Shown piece after piece: positions 1 to 18,200 of a DNA stretch of 64,000 nucleotides. The notes under the pieces were generated by a model, which ran no database searches, was not told the DNA's origin, and saw only the letters and a list, made by a program, of their open reading frames with translations. Position 1 is the stretch's first letter. Each line of letters opens with the position of its first letter. The DNA comes from Trichoplax sp. H2 (taxonomy: Eukaryota), in the NCBI GenBank assembly GCA_003344405.1, contig NOWV01000011.1, positions 434,001 through 498,000 on the forward strand, given 5' to 3'. The position numbers and the translations under genes were made by a program.

Positions 1-189
1 TTGTTTTTAGCAGACTGATGACCGCAATTTCTTCTGTATAAGTAAATTGATTTTTAATTCGATCAATTTATAGAAAACAGTGCTAATAATGTGATTGAAA
101 TTTAGTAAATAACAATCCTATCAAATTATTTGCATCTATTAAAAGTAGCCATTGATGAAATCGTAAATTAAAATACTACTTCGATCTAT

Positions 190-2330
190 CGGTTTAATAT
201 CTAATGTCTCTAATTCAAACTATTGACTCTATTTTACTAATATTATTCCACAAAGGGTAGCAACGGGTTTGGAACAGATAAAATGTAGTACACAATACGG
301 ACAATTATAGGAAATTTTAAATCATGTTAAAGAGTACCGTATCTATTGGCATCTGTTTCTTTTGCATGCATTAATCGAAATGATATATCAGTCGGCCATA
401 ATATGTTTCGAAAGCAGCTGTCCACGTTAAAGTACTCTTTCTAATGCAAAAGTGATCAGGAATTAGTCGGCTATAATTTGTTTTGAAGGCGTCTTTCCAC
501 ATTAAATTGCTCTTTCTAACGCGGAAATGATTTCATTAACGATGAATGTACATAATGTTACACCGGAAAAACTACCCTACTAAGTTTATAGTTTGCTATA
601 GTGGAAGATACTCAAAGCTCATGAATGAAACGTAGCTATTATATCCTTAAGTATTCTCTCGCCTAAGATTAATGATTTCTTGATTTCGTGCAAAATTTAG
701 CATTCTTCTAGGTTACTAGTAAAGTTCCCGTTCAAATTATTTGAAGGGATATATATTCTACACAAAGCAAGACATTAAAAGGAAATTCACAGCCAGATTA
801 TCTTACTACTGTATATATATGCTTCCTCTAAGGGGTTACAAGGTCAAAAATATTCTTTATACTTAAATGATTACTATTTCGTTGATATCTCTAATTTCAG
901 TTTTATTGCCACAATAGAATCTTGCTTTCTTATGTAATCTATTCCTATCTTACTACCAAGGATATGAGTGTAAGTCCTAGCATGATTTTATATCTAGATT
1001 GTAGCAGCTACAGGTTTTTGATTCTTTTTTAAATCCTACTTCAACCCAAAGTAGTTAATCTAGTGCTAGATTACCAAATTTAAGCTATTTGCGAATTTAA
1101 TTACTTTATGATCATTACGTACTCCGTATTTATTAGACAAATTTAGATCTTTTAGACTTGACAAAGATGATTTTCTTACTTTGTTCAAGCAATTACCATT
1201 CATTGACTAGCGTTGCTTCGTAGTCCTAAGTTGAAAGAATTACTTACATTTCATAAATGATGATAACATGTGTAAAATGGCTGATTTAAGGTGGTGGCAA
1301 TTTTCATCAACACCCTGCTCGAAGACATTTTAAGCAATTAAATTAATTTTGTTGGTTTAGTTGATGTTGCTGTTCTCGCTTAGGGCCCTCGATATGAAAT
1401 GCTGTATATGCTTGCATCAAGAAGAGAAAGAGTATTTTATGAGTTGCAAAGTGACGGAAATTCCTCAATTTGTTTTACTAAATATATCCGTATATGGGTA
1501 AGATAGTATTTGTCTCTATGCCGCTCTCAATAGTTCTTTTCAGTTGCGAGAATGGACTTTCATTTATATTGACACCTTAAGATACACAGTGACATGGGAA
1601 CAGACCTATATTACCATGTTGCATTCGAAAACCTGTATTTCTTCCAATGCCTCGAAGTAAATTTAATCTCGAAAATAGAAAGGGAAATTCTGGTAGGCCT
1701 TCAAGATTTTAGGACATTCAGGTTGGTAATTTAGTAGAAAGAGAACTTGTAAGGGGTTATGTAATAGTAAATTATAAAACGGTTACGATATTTACTGGTC
1801 TCTTTGAAGATTCAAATCGTGATGCATTACCTTATTTATGATTGTAATGACTTTTAAATTGGCATTCTGATAACGGAAAATTTTGCGCAATCAGGCATAA
1901 ATTCTCTAGGAGTTTTGCAAAATGGCTGACCCCTTAGTACGGGTGAATTAATTTTTTAAGTTATCCTAAATCTGAGATGTAAGAGTAGAACTGGATGTTC
2001 CTTTCTCAATACGCATTTCGATTTAGCATCCTACTGATTTGAGTTCACTCAAGAAATTAAAATTTTGTTTTCAGTTACATCCAATCTTTCAACAGCGTAG
2101 ATACTCTCTATTCAGGCCAGTCGTCTAAACAAATTATTGACTCCAGACATTTTATATTAAATGCAGATTTTATACAGTAAATGGATTAAATTCATAACAT
2201 CCTGTACTCTTAACTTTTTCAACATACAACTGTCTAGTCTTAGATTATAATTATCAGAATTCGTTGACAGGAATCGTCGCATTGATTCTTTGGTAGAATG
2301 CTATGCAAATGAAGTATTATCGCTATTTTT
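190..2330 (+). pseudogene. Probable decayed leucine-rich-repeat (LRR) gene
   Basis: Short + strand fragments fit the LRR pattern (F..L..L..L.L..N.I..I) but are broken by stops and frameshifts: IIPQRVATGLEQIK (~242), KFPFKLFEGIYILHK (722), KLFANLITL*SL (1082), RVFYELQS (~1429), AFENLYFFQCLEVNLISKIEREILVGLQDFRTFRL (within 1594-1734), TDLSSLKKLKF (2033). A degenerate 75-bp (25-codon) tandem repeat lies at 391/466. Boundaries are approximate. Confidence 0.45.
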
Positions 2331-2848
2331 GGCCATGAATAGTAATAGGTTGTATTAACAGTGACCAGATTGGCCAGTAGTACAGTAATAATGAAATAGA
2401 ACAAATGTTGTAGCACAGTACATTGACTTTTAATGTGCAGTAATAGTTTAATTTGTATACGAGTATATATATATTGTTTATCATTCGGTATTGGAATAGT
2501 TATGGTCGAGTAAGTTTTGCTAGTATTTATTTGGATAAACGTATAAAATTAAATTGATTGCAAAAGGATATATCCAATAGATGGACAGTTTACTGTTGTG
2601 TTGATAGAAGTCTTTCGTCAAGGAAATTTGATTTGATCTGTATCGATGATACTGTGGTAGAGTATGGGGTTTAATAATAGTCCATGAGGGCTAACAGTCT
2701 GTATTATGCAAGATGGATATTTCAACATACTGATGGAATGCCAGGTTGGATGTTGTAGGTTCCATAGGTTGTATCCTATGATCGACATGGCAGGTTGATG
2801 TTGCTTTGTATCCAATACCCTAGGAAGTTGACCCACTCTAAATTTCAT

Positions 2849-3319
2849 TTAAAATGTTAAATCCGAAATATTGACGTTATTGGGAGGATATTTAAGTAGT
2901 GAGCATAACTGCTTAAATCGACTTCTCAGCTTGGATAATTCTTCTGTTAAATGATGGATATGATTTTGTTGGAAGGTTTGATTATAATGTTGTAGCTGAG
3001 CTTGTAACGCTTGCAAGCATTTGGTGATTTTAATTTGTTTTGATTTTACACTATTGGAGTCTAGCGCATTATTCAACAGTACTGTCTTATCCGATTCAAT
3101 CATTGCTAGCCAAGTAGATACAAAACCTGAATAGAATCCAATCTCAGCGGCTAACTGTAAGCCTTTCTGACGCCCAATCAACATGCCATTCTGATATCCA
3201 ATCTCTCCACCTTTCTGGACACCAGCTAAATAAGCGTTCTCTTGTCTTTGATTTGCAGCTAGTGTTATTTCATCAAATAGGTCATCATTTTGTTGACTAT
3301 TAGCGTTAAAGGGGTCCAT
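2849..3319 (-). CDS. LTO1: LTO1/ORAOV1 (Yae1_N family; ABCE1 Fe-S maturation adaptor), intronless, 156 aa
   Basis: DDLFDEI N-terminus, GxxxG series (AGVQKGGEIGYQNGMLIGRQKGLQLAAEIGFYSGF...W), KLRSRFKQLCSLL and C-terminal LTF match the recalled ORAOV1/LTO1 consensus. Confidence 0.88.
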   Translation of the reverse strand: MDPFNANSQQNDDLFDEITLAANQRQENAYLAGVQKGGEIGYQNGMLIGRQKGLQLAAEIGFYSGFVSTWLAMIESDKTVLLNNALDSNSVKSKQIKITKCLQALQAQLQHYNQTFQQNHIHHLTEELSKLRSRFKQLCSLLKYPPNNVNISDLTF

Positions 3320-4893
3320 TGACGTTGATGCATGCAGGACGATCGCAAATGAATCCAGTAAAACTCGTTATTAAGCAATGATAGACAGGAGTGCCTTACC
3401 GAAAGGATATTTGTGGAGGTAAATTCTACTTTACAGATCGCGTTATTAGCAGTCGTCGACTTTGCTGCTATACCACCAACTAAAGTAATAGTTCAGTTAA
3501 AATGGCTGCTTCTGTTTCCGTACAAGCGTGTCTCTACTGCGCTACAGTATGGCGGCAAGGCTTTTATGGGAGAGTTCTCTATCCAGTATTGACTATATGG
3601 TGTTCTATGCAGGTATCTGAGTCCAGTACTGGCACTGTTGAAATCGAGCAGCTGCTGTACTACATTCTGTACCAGGGCGTCATTCCAGCTGTATGTCTAT
3701 AACCATCCACTCTTGTCTCGGAGTCATGGACAGGTGGACTACTAGAAGAAGAGCAACTCGAGTCCCTCCCTCAGACAGACGGACTTTTTTTTCTGATCAA
3801 ATAAGGATGCCAATATGGAAAAATGCTTTTACTTAGCATGATCTTCCGTGTCTGTTTTCGACATCACCGGTACTAATTTAATTAACATTGACAATCTTAT
3901 ATAGCTGTTTCCAAGCAGAACTTAGCAAAAGATTGGACATACTATAGCTTTACGTAGAAAAAATTATTAGCCCATTTAAAACCGATCGTCTGCATACTGA
4001 AGTACTGTCCTAACGAGGCGTTTGGGTAAAATAGTTTGACCAGATGAGGCTGAAAGTGTCTGTCTGTCCAAGCGTGATCAGTCCAGGTCTTCTTCTCCGT
4101 AGTCCATCAAAGGTGCTGCCAGGTTGGTTTTGTAAAAAAGTGCCTTGGAAGGCTTTCGGTGGCAGAGTAGAGCAAGATGACCAGGAAAGGACAAGCCGGA
4201 TGTTTTATTGCACTGAATAGGTGTTTTAGAAATCCCTAGTACGAATAGAGGGGGATATCCTTTGCTATCGCAGTCTGTAATTGAAAAGGAATAGGATCCC
4301 AATGCAATCCATTCCACGTACCTATTTGACTACAGCAACAACCACCTCTGTTGCTGTCCTTTTCCCCTTCAAGTTTGATTACAATAGGAGCAACGATGAA
4401 AGTTTCCTACCATACAGTATTACTTGACGGAATCTAGAAAGACATCGACACCAAAGGATCGAGTCTATTTCTTTGAAACCTTCTATTTTACACTCTGCAC
4501 TTCCAAACTGACTTCTAGTCTGTACAAGTCCCACGAAACGTACAGTACAAAGGGTGAAGATTGCAATTTGGGGAAAAGAAAGGAGTAACAACAAAAAAAA
4601 GAATGATAAAATATGGCACAGTGCATCAAAGCCATGGCACAATAATGTAGAATTTTTCATTCTTGTATCTGTCAAGCAATCATAAAATATGGCAGAGTGC
4701 ATCAAAGCCATGATATAATTTTGTCGAATTTTTCATTCTTGTATCGGTAAAGTCATACTGTCTTGTGGTTGTTAGAGTACTGTATGGGTAGTAAATTCGA
4801 CGATCGCCTTAACCCACTATGATGGCAAAAGAATAGAAAAAGCCAATTTCACCCCCCTCCCCTATGGGCTAGAGACGCTAGAACTACTGTAGG

Positions 4894-5303
4894 CTACAGT
4901 ACAGTACACTCTTTACAAACCCAATTGTCACCCCCTGAAAGTACAGTATGTACTGTACTGTAGCGAGTTTGGTTTGTACTGTACTGTACTGTACTGTACA
5001 GGTCTGAAATAAAACAAGGGGACTGTAAAAAAAACAAATTGGGATTTTACCTTGTACTGTAGCAAAATTTGCCTTTATTTAGTTATTATTCCGCAGGTGC
5101 TATATAAAACAGAAATTGAACTACGGATTCCAAATGTTCAACTAATACACTATCGTTTGAAATTACTTTTGACATGATTTGATCAATATTAAAGCATTTA
5201 CAGTACTTAATTAATAATCTGCAACGAAAAAGATCACGCTCTACTCTACTGTACTCAGGGGGTGACATTTGGTTTGTAAAGGGTCTACAGTACTGTACTG
5301 TAG
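4894..5303. mobile_element. MITE-like element with ~55-bp imperfect terminal inverted repeats (copy 1)
   Basis: Left arm ctacagtacagtac..ctttacaaacccaattgtcaccccctg(aa)agtacagta (4894-4948); right arm tactgtactcagggggtgacatttggtttgtaaag..gtactgtactgtag (5248-5303). No recognisable coding capacity and no clear TSD. Confidence 0.55.
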
Positions 5304-5379
5304 ACCAGGAAACGACTGTGGTGAAGCGACACAAACACGGTAGCGTGAGGTCCGTTCTGCTTGCGTCACGTGCTGTTGT

Positions 5380-5399
5380 NNNNNNNNNNNNNNNNNNNN
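5380..5399. other. Assembly gap (20 N)
   Basis: Run of N in the sequence. Confidence 1.
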
Positions 5400-5796
5400 A
5401 AGAATGATAAAATATGGCACAGTGCATCAAAGCCATGGCACAATAATGTAGAATTTTTCATTCTTGTATCTGTCAAGCAATCATAAAATATGGCAGAGTG
5501 CATCAAAGCCATGATATAATTTTGTCGAATTTTTCATTCTTGTATCGGTAAAGTCATACTGTCTTGTGGTTGTTAGAGTACTGTATGGGTGGTCAATTGG
5601 AATAGAAAAGGCTTCTTTCGCCATGATACAATTTTTCATTCTTGTATCGATAAAGTCATACTGTCTTGTGGTTGTTAGAGTACTGTATGGGTAGTAAATT
5701 CAACGATCGCATTAACCCACTATGATGGCAAAAGAATAGAAAAAGCAAATTTCACCCCCCTCCCCTATGGGCTAGAGACGCTAGAACTACTGTAGG

Positions 5797-6223
5797 CTAC
5801 AGTACAGTACATTCTTTACAAACCCAATTGTCACCCCCTGAAAGTACAGAGCGTGATCTTTTTCGTTGCAGATTATTAATTAAGTACTGTAAATGCTTTA
5901 ATATTGATCAAATCATGTAAAAAGTAATTTCAAACGATAGTGTATTAGTTGAAAATTTCGAATCCGTAGTTCAATTTCTGTTTTATATAGCACCTGCGGA
6001 ATAATAACTAAATAAAGGCAAATTTTTCTACAGTACAAGGTAAAATCCCAATTTGGTTTTTTACAGTCCCCTTATTTTATTTCAGACCTACAGTACAGTA
6101 CAGTACAGTACAGTACAAACCAAACTTGCTACAGTACAGTACATACACTGTACAGTACATGTACTCTACTGTACCCAGGGGGTGACATTTGGTTTGTAAA
6201 GGGTCTACAGTACTGTACTGTAG
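5797..6223. mobile_element. Same IR-bounded element (copy 2) with its internal segment inverted
   Basis: Same arms as copy 1; 5849-6146 is the reverse complement of 4946-5241 apart from a few substitutions and small indels. Confidence 0.55.
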
Positions 6224-6279
6224 ACCAGGAAACGACTGTGGTGAAGCGACACAAACACGGTAGCGTGAGGTCCGTTCTG

Positions 6280-6617
6280 CTTGCGTCACGTGCTGTTGTT
6301 GATGTTAGAGTTGGTGCCTGAAGCAGGATGATTGACTTTTCTTTTTGAGCATGCGCACTGCCATTTTCCCACTGGGCAGTTTTTTTCTTCTTTTCAGCGA
6401 GTCATCTGTACAGTAGACTGACTCCAATCACAACTCCAAGAAGATCCTAACGCCATTGCTTTTTTTTTTTGGTCATCCATGATGGATTTTTCTCCATTTC
6501 GCTAATGGTATCCATGAGTAGTAGCTATCCTAGACGGACTCTATAATACTTTTGTATATCTCGACAGTTTCCTGGACAATCGATTACAAAGATAGAATCC
6601 ATTTGATCGAGGTAACG
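6280..6617 (+). promoter_or_regulatory. Candidate KAT6 promoter and non-coding first exon
   Basis: GTCACGTG E-box (6285), NRF1-like GCATGCGCA (6349), donor-like GAG|GTAAC (6612). The KAT6 ATG exon has an acceptor at 10654, so an upstream non-coding exon is likely. Confidence 0.35.
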
Positions 6618-8323
6618 TTGAAGAAAAAGCCATTATCCATAAAGGATTGTTATTTCAATTGACTGCATCATTAGTCTTAAAGTTGTCTTTTTATTTTTGG
6701 TTATTTTTGGATCGTCGTTTATTCAACTCTACGTTGGAGTAATGTTGTTCTGTTGACATGCTTGCCTTGATTCATTGAGTCCATGCTAGGAAAAGACATC
6801 CATTGCTAGGAGTAAATGTAGAGTAAATCCTGTAGTATCGTACAATCGATGAAAAGACGAGATTGTAAATGGGGAGAGAAGATCCAGTTCAATGGCCATT
6901 GACCATCGAGTAAAGTGCCATGTCGACTGTCAAGTCCAATCACTCTAGTGATCAGTGGACTTAGTACAGTGCAATAGATCGGCCGTCTAGTGTAAAAGTA
7001 TCTTGAACTTTGATTGAAACCTTGTCTATTTTCAACCTTGTATCTTTTAGCCGTAGAAAGGAATAGTGCAGGTAATCACTCCAAAGCAGCCATCTTCAAT
7101 ATCCCAGGGTCATCAACCAGTTTGATCTATATCCAGTCATGGATACTCCTTGACGATTTTCTTACCTTGTCGAGTTGTAGGCATATAGGAAAGTATCATC
7201 GACGAGTATTGAAAGGGGGTGCAAGTGTTTCTCAATCTTGATCAACCACTTTGGACTATGAAATGGTCGATAGAATGTCAAGATTGTATAGTCGTTTACT
7301 CCTTACAACAAGGATAAAATTCGAGCTACATTACTTGATCATCTGCTTTAGCCTAGTTACGATAGTCTTTTTGATTCGTCATAGTCGTATCATTGCCAAC
7401 TAATCTGCCAATAGTCAGTGGACGCCTGCCTTCTTTTTTTACCGATCTTTTACACCTTGATAATGAACATCAACAACTTTCATGGGCTACATGACCCTAC
7501 TGCAAATAGCGTTACAAAGTCATGAATGAATAACTAGAATATATCTACACTTATCTAGTGTTGCAAGAAAAAAACTCAAGTTCATATCGTCACAAGTGTC
7601 GAGTCCCATCTTTGCTAGTTAAAAGGGCCCATTTATCTACAAAATGTCTTCATCATCGTATCAGATATGGTGTCGCCATATCCATCGATAGACAGACAAT
7701 AGTAAGCCATCAAGATACTGTGCTTGATACACTATTTCACTCGACATCAAGCGTTGTCCAAGTATTCCCTTTCCTAGGACAGTCATGATCAAACGTTTTC
7801 CTCTGGCAATAAATACCTATTCCACTTGTATAGAGACTAGGAAAAAAGAATACCCTTAGCTTTAGTTGAAAAACAACAATAATAGCTTGAAGATTTTGGA
7901 ACAAGATAAAGTAATACAAAACATCATTTTAATAAAATGCTTGATGAAAAATTGGCCTTCTCCGTCTACTGTTGTTATTGCCTTGTTGTTGTTGTTGTTG
8001 TTGTTAGTAATAGTGTCAATTGGCCTAGTTGTCTTTACAACACTCGATAGGTGATCCATTTTGCCAACTTTTCAATTCCAACCCTGTTAAATCTCATATT
8101 TCCTGTCGCTTGTTACGACTTGAAATCCCCTTTCTATCCTAAATAAAACTGTTGATGACTATCAGTAGCAAATAGAAAGCTGAAACTAGCTCCTCAAGTA
8201 CAGTTCTAGCTGATCGATCATCCCTTTATCAGCGGTAAACTAGGATAACTATGGATGGATGAAGAGGAATCCATCGATCGATAGATAGTATACTGCTACA
8301 GGGGAATGCTGTAGTAGTAGAAG

Positions 8324-8690
8324 CGTATTCACTTTCCGATAATTCAGTTCATGTTGAGAGAGAAGAAAAAACAGTCTTCCATCCTACAACAATTTATCAT
8401 TTCCTTCTTTCTATTCCATTGCATAGCAATGTCATAGGATCGCTATGGACTGAAGTAAAATTATAATTATTTTATCCTCAATTGAAATACCATACATAAC
8501 CTATATCCGTCGTGTATTGTACTGGGTATAGCAGAATCGTATTCACTTTTTGGATAGTTGAAAGTGAATGTTTAGCGAAAAATAATTGAAGATCCTACAA
8601 CAAATTTTTCATTTCCTTCTTTCTATTCGATTGTATAGCACTATGATCGGATCGCTATTTAACTGAGGTAGAATTATTATCATTATTATT
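8324..8690. repeat. Diverged tandem duplication, ~214-bp period
   Basis: cgtattcacttt...atcctacaacaa..tcatttccttctttctattc.attg.atagca...ggatcgctat...actga.gta.aattat occurs at 8324 and 8538. Confidence 0.75.
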
Positions 8691-10664
8691 ATTATTATGA
8701 TTATAATTTTATTCTCAATCGCAATGGAATAACACATCTGCATCCTGCCCAAGCTATAAACCAATCGACTCAGAATATTCCTTGCCCATCGTCATCCTTG
8801 ATTGCTAAAGAATAAATAGTGCACTTTTTTTTTTACAATCAAGAATTAATATCAGTTACGGTATTGGATTTTTATTTATACCTTGTTTATAAACTTGAGA
8901 AAGAAAATGATATATTAATCGTTTTACAATCAAGTCTGATAATCATACACCTAGAAAGGCGATTGTCCTCTTCATGTTAACACAATGTTTTATCATCGAT
9001 GGATAATAAAAGTGCTCCAAAAATGAAAATCATTAATGTAATGATTTTACATCTGTATGCACACTGTAGTGACTCGTTTGATAATTGAATATTTGCTGAT
9101 GACTTATAAATGATTTACAAGTTATTTTATTTTAGTACATGCAATAGATTATAGTAGATTGATTACCATAAAATCACTCTACTGACCCAATCCTAATCAG
9201 TATGATCCTTCTAGTACAGATTGTCTGACACTTCGCCATATACATACAATCGATTTTTTTTTACAATTTCTTACAGCACAAATCGTAATGTTATTATTCA
9301 ATGTTGATAATGAATTCTAATCAATCCAATAGACTCTAATTACGAAGACAAATTCATTATTTGTAATAAGGTAATTAAAATGATTTGACGATTGAGCATA
9401 TGGAAACGTATTCTAAATCAAGTGTTTTACATGATGGACGATTTGCGCTCGTTAAATGTGTACTAGATAAAGACGAGTGTTGGGTCAAAATTTGAGTAAT
9501 GCAATACTCTTGACATGATCATATGAGTCTTGTGCATTATACAATTATTGATTTTTTAAATTTTTTTTTATTCTATCTACTCGATTGCACTCTGTATACT
9601 CAGTCAATGTGCACACTGTAGAGCTTGGAACATGGTTGGATATATGAGCGAAATATCCTTGCATACAGTAATAATGGCTTTGATTTTTAGGATAGAAAGT
9701 TTCAACTGTCTTTCGTGAATTCACTACGCTGAAGACAGATACAGATCCTGTATAGGATTCAAAATTACATTCAATGAACATGAGATAATACCAAGATTAT
9801 ATCGCCATTGGATATCTACTCTAATTTATCTTCCGAATTGAAATGGATAACGCAGTATTAGTATTGAAGTCAGCTCTTTTAATTTTTGACTATCGTAGTA
9901 CTGTATTTGCATTTGCACCTCCCTTGTTGTTGGATGGATTATTACGCATATGATTGATATTATTATTATCATAAATGATGGGCACAAAGTGTCCGCGAGA
10001 TAATGTCAGCATTAAAATGATTAAAGGTAAACATAGCAAATTAAATGGACAACGGCAAGTCAAGTGATTAATATTTAATATTGCCATTTTAGAAAGGATT
10101 AATATCTCTCTCGACAGATTTGTTGAGGGATATCGCTTTTATTGAATAATAATACTTCATTATAGTAGTAGAATTAACAAATGCGATTTACAATAGGCTT
10201 AAATTGAAAACTAACCTTGAACACATGGACTATCAAAACTTTTATTTATTGATCAGAGCAATATCGAACTCGAACTGAATCTGATCACATTCAGTATTAA
10301 ATGGATATTGCAATACGTAACTCTTCCTTTCAAGATAAATCAAACTACATGCTGTTTTCTACCACATTAAATAATATCCAATCTCAATATTTCCAAACAA
10401 ATAATGCTTCAAATCTTAATAACTAGATATATATTTTTGACTATCATAGCTCTGTGTCCTTAAACGTCCTTTTTTTAATTTTGGTGACTTTATTTTATTC
10501 TTGCTTCCATTTTAAAATAGGACGATAAGACTTACGTATAAGAATAATAACATCTTATAATTATCTTTGCATTTCTTATGATATCATTTTCAATTGACTC
10601 AGTCTATTTTTAATTTTAACAAGTATTATATCGAATTGTATGCTTTCTTTCTAGTAAATCTTTA

Positions 10665-15216
<4,552 letters not shown>

Positions 15217-18200
15217 TGAGCGAATATGCTTCCTAACCACTTACTAAATTGGATATATAGCCACTTTATATTTTCTGTATTCTTTTAGACTGTAAGAAAA
15301 AGTAATATAGTCATGTTAGCTGCTTATGATTGAGCAATTGCGCTAAATAAAGTATGGGATTAGGAAAATTAAATAATTATTCTAATCACTAGTCAGTATA
15401 TTATTGATTTTCCGGTTTAAACGACTAGTTTGGATTTTTTTGCATTGGTGATGGCTAATGGCTCAAATAAATTAGCATTATTTAATCTGTTTAATGATAA
15501 CGTCACCATCTATCAAATTTCAAGTACACGTATGTGTTGTATTAGTGAAATTTGGTATAGGACGAGCCAATCAAAATAACAGACCACTTTCGGTTGTTCC
15601 ATATGACTGTTATTATGTTTAATAAGGTTGATGTGATAACTTTTCAATGTAGTTATCGTTGTATTGATTGCTATAGATGTAATTGCTTTGAAATATTGTA
15701 TATTGTATAGCAATTTCATAACTGCAAAGAAAATTAACCATCTTTATAGCCTAAGAACTACTTAATATTTTTATTTGTTATTATATATATATATACATAT
15801 GTAATTATACTATTAGCTAATGTATATTTATATCTTAAAATAATAAGAAATGCCTACGAAATGTAGGAAATGAAAAAAGTTATCGATCTCAGATAAAAAA
15901 AATCTCTTAATTATGTTATTTCATCGTTTTACCGTTTGTTAACGTTAACTTTCATTGCAGTTAGACTATGAAATAACCTGTAACAAGCCATACTACAACC
16001 AGGCTTTGTATAATACACACTTCATCTTAAATGTCAATGTAAAATATGATATACGTACATAAACAGAAAGAATTGTCAATAAAAGGATTAAAAATAACAG
16101 ACTAAGAGCGTTGATCGATTGTTGGATGTTTTCTGAAATTGATAGATTCTTAGACATTTAGCAAACTGCTATTATATTCGGTATGCTTATACGATTGAGT
16201 ACACTAACGCTTTGTTATCATTGCTATAGAGCGTACAACTTTACACGTATACTGTACTAATAATAGCGACGGTGAAATAAATTTCTATCAAGTTTCATTT
16301 GTCTTATAAATCGTATTGCTATAGAGTCTATTTAAGGTTCATACTTCATGATATCCACACATTCCTACAAGATCACTACTTTTTATTTCAATCATAGATT
16401 TTATTCAATCTAGCTCAAGCTCGTATTGAGTAATGGATAGTCCATACGTATTTACATTTAATCATGATGAATATACTATAGTTGTTCATGAAGAATAAAC
16501 ATTTATCTACACTCAGTAAGGGAAGAAAATTTTTATCAATTTAATTTATGCAATTTCAATTTTTTTGTCTCGTTGAAAAATTAAGTAAGACGTCAACATC
16601 GCCAGTTGGTAAATATAAATAGTATGCATCTGAAATAATCGTCAAGACTCAACAATGATTCACGTCGCTATGGTTGTCTGTATTTAACTTCTTGGAGGAG
16701 TTATTCAAATACGCTGTTACAGTTAATGAGCTTCATCTTCTAATAAATGTTTAATTATTACGATCATAGTATACTGGTACAGTATATCCTGGAATAGATC
16801 CACTCTACTACTAAAGGTTAAATTTAAATAAAATAACAGGAAATCTAATATATCATTTCGTTAACTAAAATATGATTGTTGATCAGTGAAGTTATTATTA
16901 CGTCAGTAAACTATTAAATATACTTGTTGGCGCTCCTGACAACACAGACATAGTAGTAAACAATAAAAAAATTATTGATTTCTTTCTATTCCCTCATCTA
17001 CTTAAAAAAATTAAAATTAACATCAGTTTATGCTATCATTTAATCTTTTATATGTTCATTTACAAGCTGATAAAATGCAATTATAGTTTCATTTATAATT
17101 AAATGAGAAAGTAGATATGATAGAATGGATAAAATATTTTTATTTCATTAATAGATCCAAAAATAATATGAAATTCAATTAATAAATTATTTCAAGTTCT
17201 TACCGCTAATAGAATATAATACTTCTATTGTAAGTTGTTTATATTCAATAATTAGATAATTACCGTACCTTAATCGTAGTCATGAATGAGGAAGAGAAAA
17301 TTATTCAAAGACTCAGCAGTAATGTCGTGATAATTTCAATTGTCTATGTCAACGCCAGTATGTAATTTAATTAGGGTCATAAAATTGGTCGTGTGATCCA
17401 GCTATTAATGGAATTAATTAAATTTCACTAATGATGTTAATTTAGGGTCACCTTCTATCCTATTATAATTTCAACAATTCATCGGATTATAATCCATTAA
17501 TTGATAACCAAGCTACTATTATTATGGGTTATTTCTAGTCATAAAATTAAAACAATTAAAAATCATAGCTTGATTATTCGCTTAACGTATTGAGACTTGT
17601 ATGCAAGACAACAACGTTAATAATAATTAACTGTGAAACCCAAAGATGAATTGATTAATAATCTTAACGTAGAAATTAGTCAGTGACTATATCTATTTTA
17701 TGAATTATTAATTGTATATCGATGTAGAGTTACTAGAGTACATGAAGTATGTAGTAATAAACAGGAAGGATTGCATTGTGCAATATAAAGCGACTCTGTT
17801 CTATGTTACTACCACATTCAAATAGAAAATAGAGTTAATTATAGTATGGAAGAAAAATTTATTTTCCCTTCCAGGTTAAACATAGGTTAAATTATGTAAT
17901 TTGTAAAATGACTATTCTTGTAATCTTTGCTTAGATACTACAGTGCCAGCTAAACTACGCGTATGCATAAGCAAACGTTAGTATTACATTGTCTTTACAG
18001 AATCATTGCTATACGGAATAGTTCACGTTATTCGCCAACTGTAAATTATAACAGCTATGTAAAATATATTATTTGATTAACAGATTGAAAATTAACTCTA
18101 GCTAAATGAAAAATGACTAGTGCAATTGAATCTATTACTCAATTATATGTCCTATTCTCGTTATTGATACAAAAGGATGTTTACCAACTATTTTGTCATT

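Larger units (their letters stand above)
4599..6299. repeat. Two near-identical copies (4599-5379 and 5400-6299) flanking an assembly gap; probably two haplotypes
   Basis: Both copies begin aagaatgataaaatatggcacag and end gcgtcacgtgctgttgt. They differ by SNPs, an extra ~100-bp internal duplication in copy 2 and an inverted core. Each also holds a ~77-bp tandem unit (ataaaatatggca...attcttgtatc). Confidence 0.9.

Noticed and set aside
1740-1930. TIR-like peptide ILITENFAQSG
   Set aside because: Isolated resemblance with no box 1/box 2 context; neighbouring fragments are LRR-like.
3502-4711. Several short ORFs upstream of LTO1
   Set aside because: No homology recognised; some derive from repeat sequence.
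4599-6299. True tandem segmental duplication
   Set aside because: Both copies abut a 20-N gap exactly, the typical signature of unmerged haplotype contig ends; treated as allelic until reads show otherwise.
9545-9781. 78-aa minus-strand ORF upstream of the KAT6 coding region
   Set aside because: No recognisable family or linked exons.
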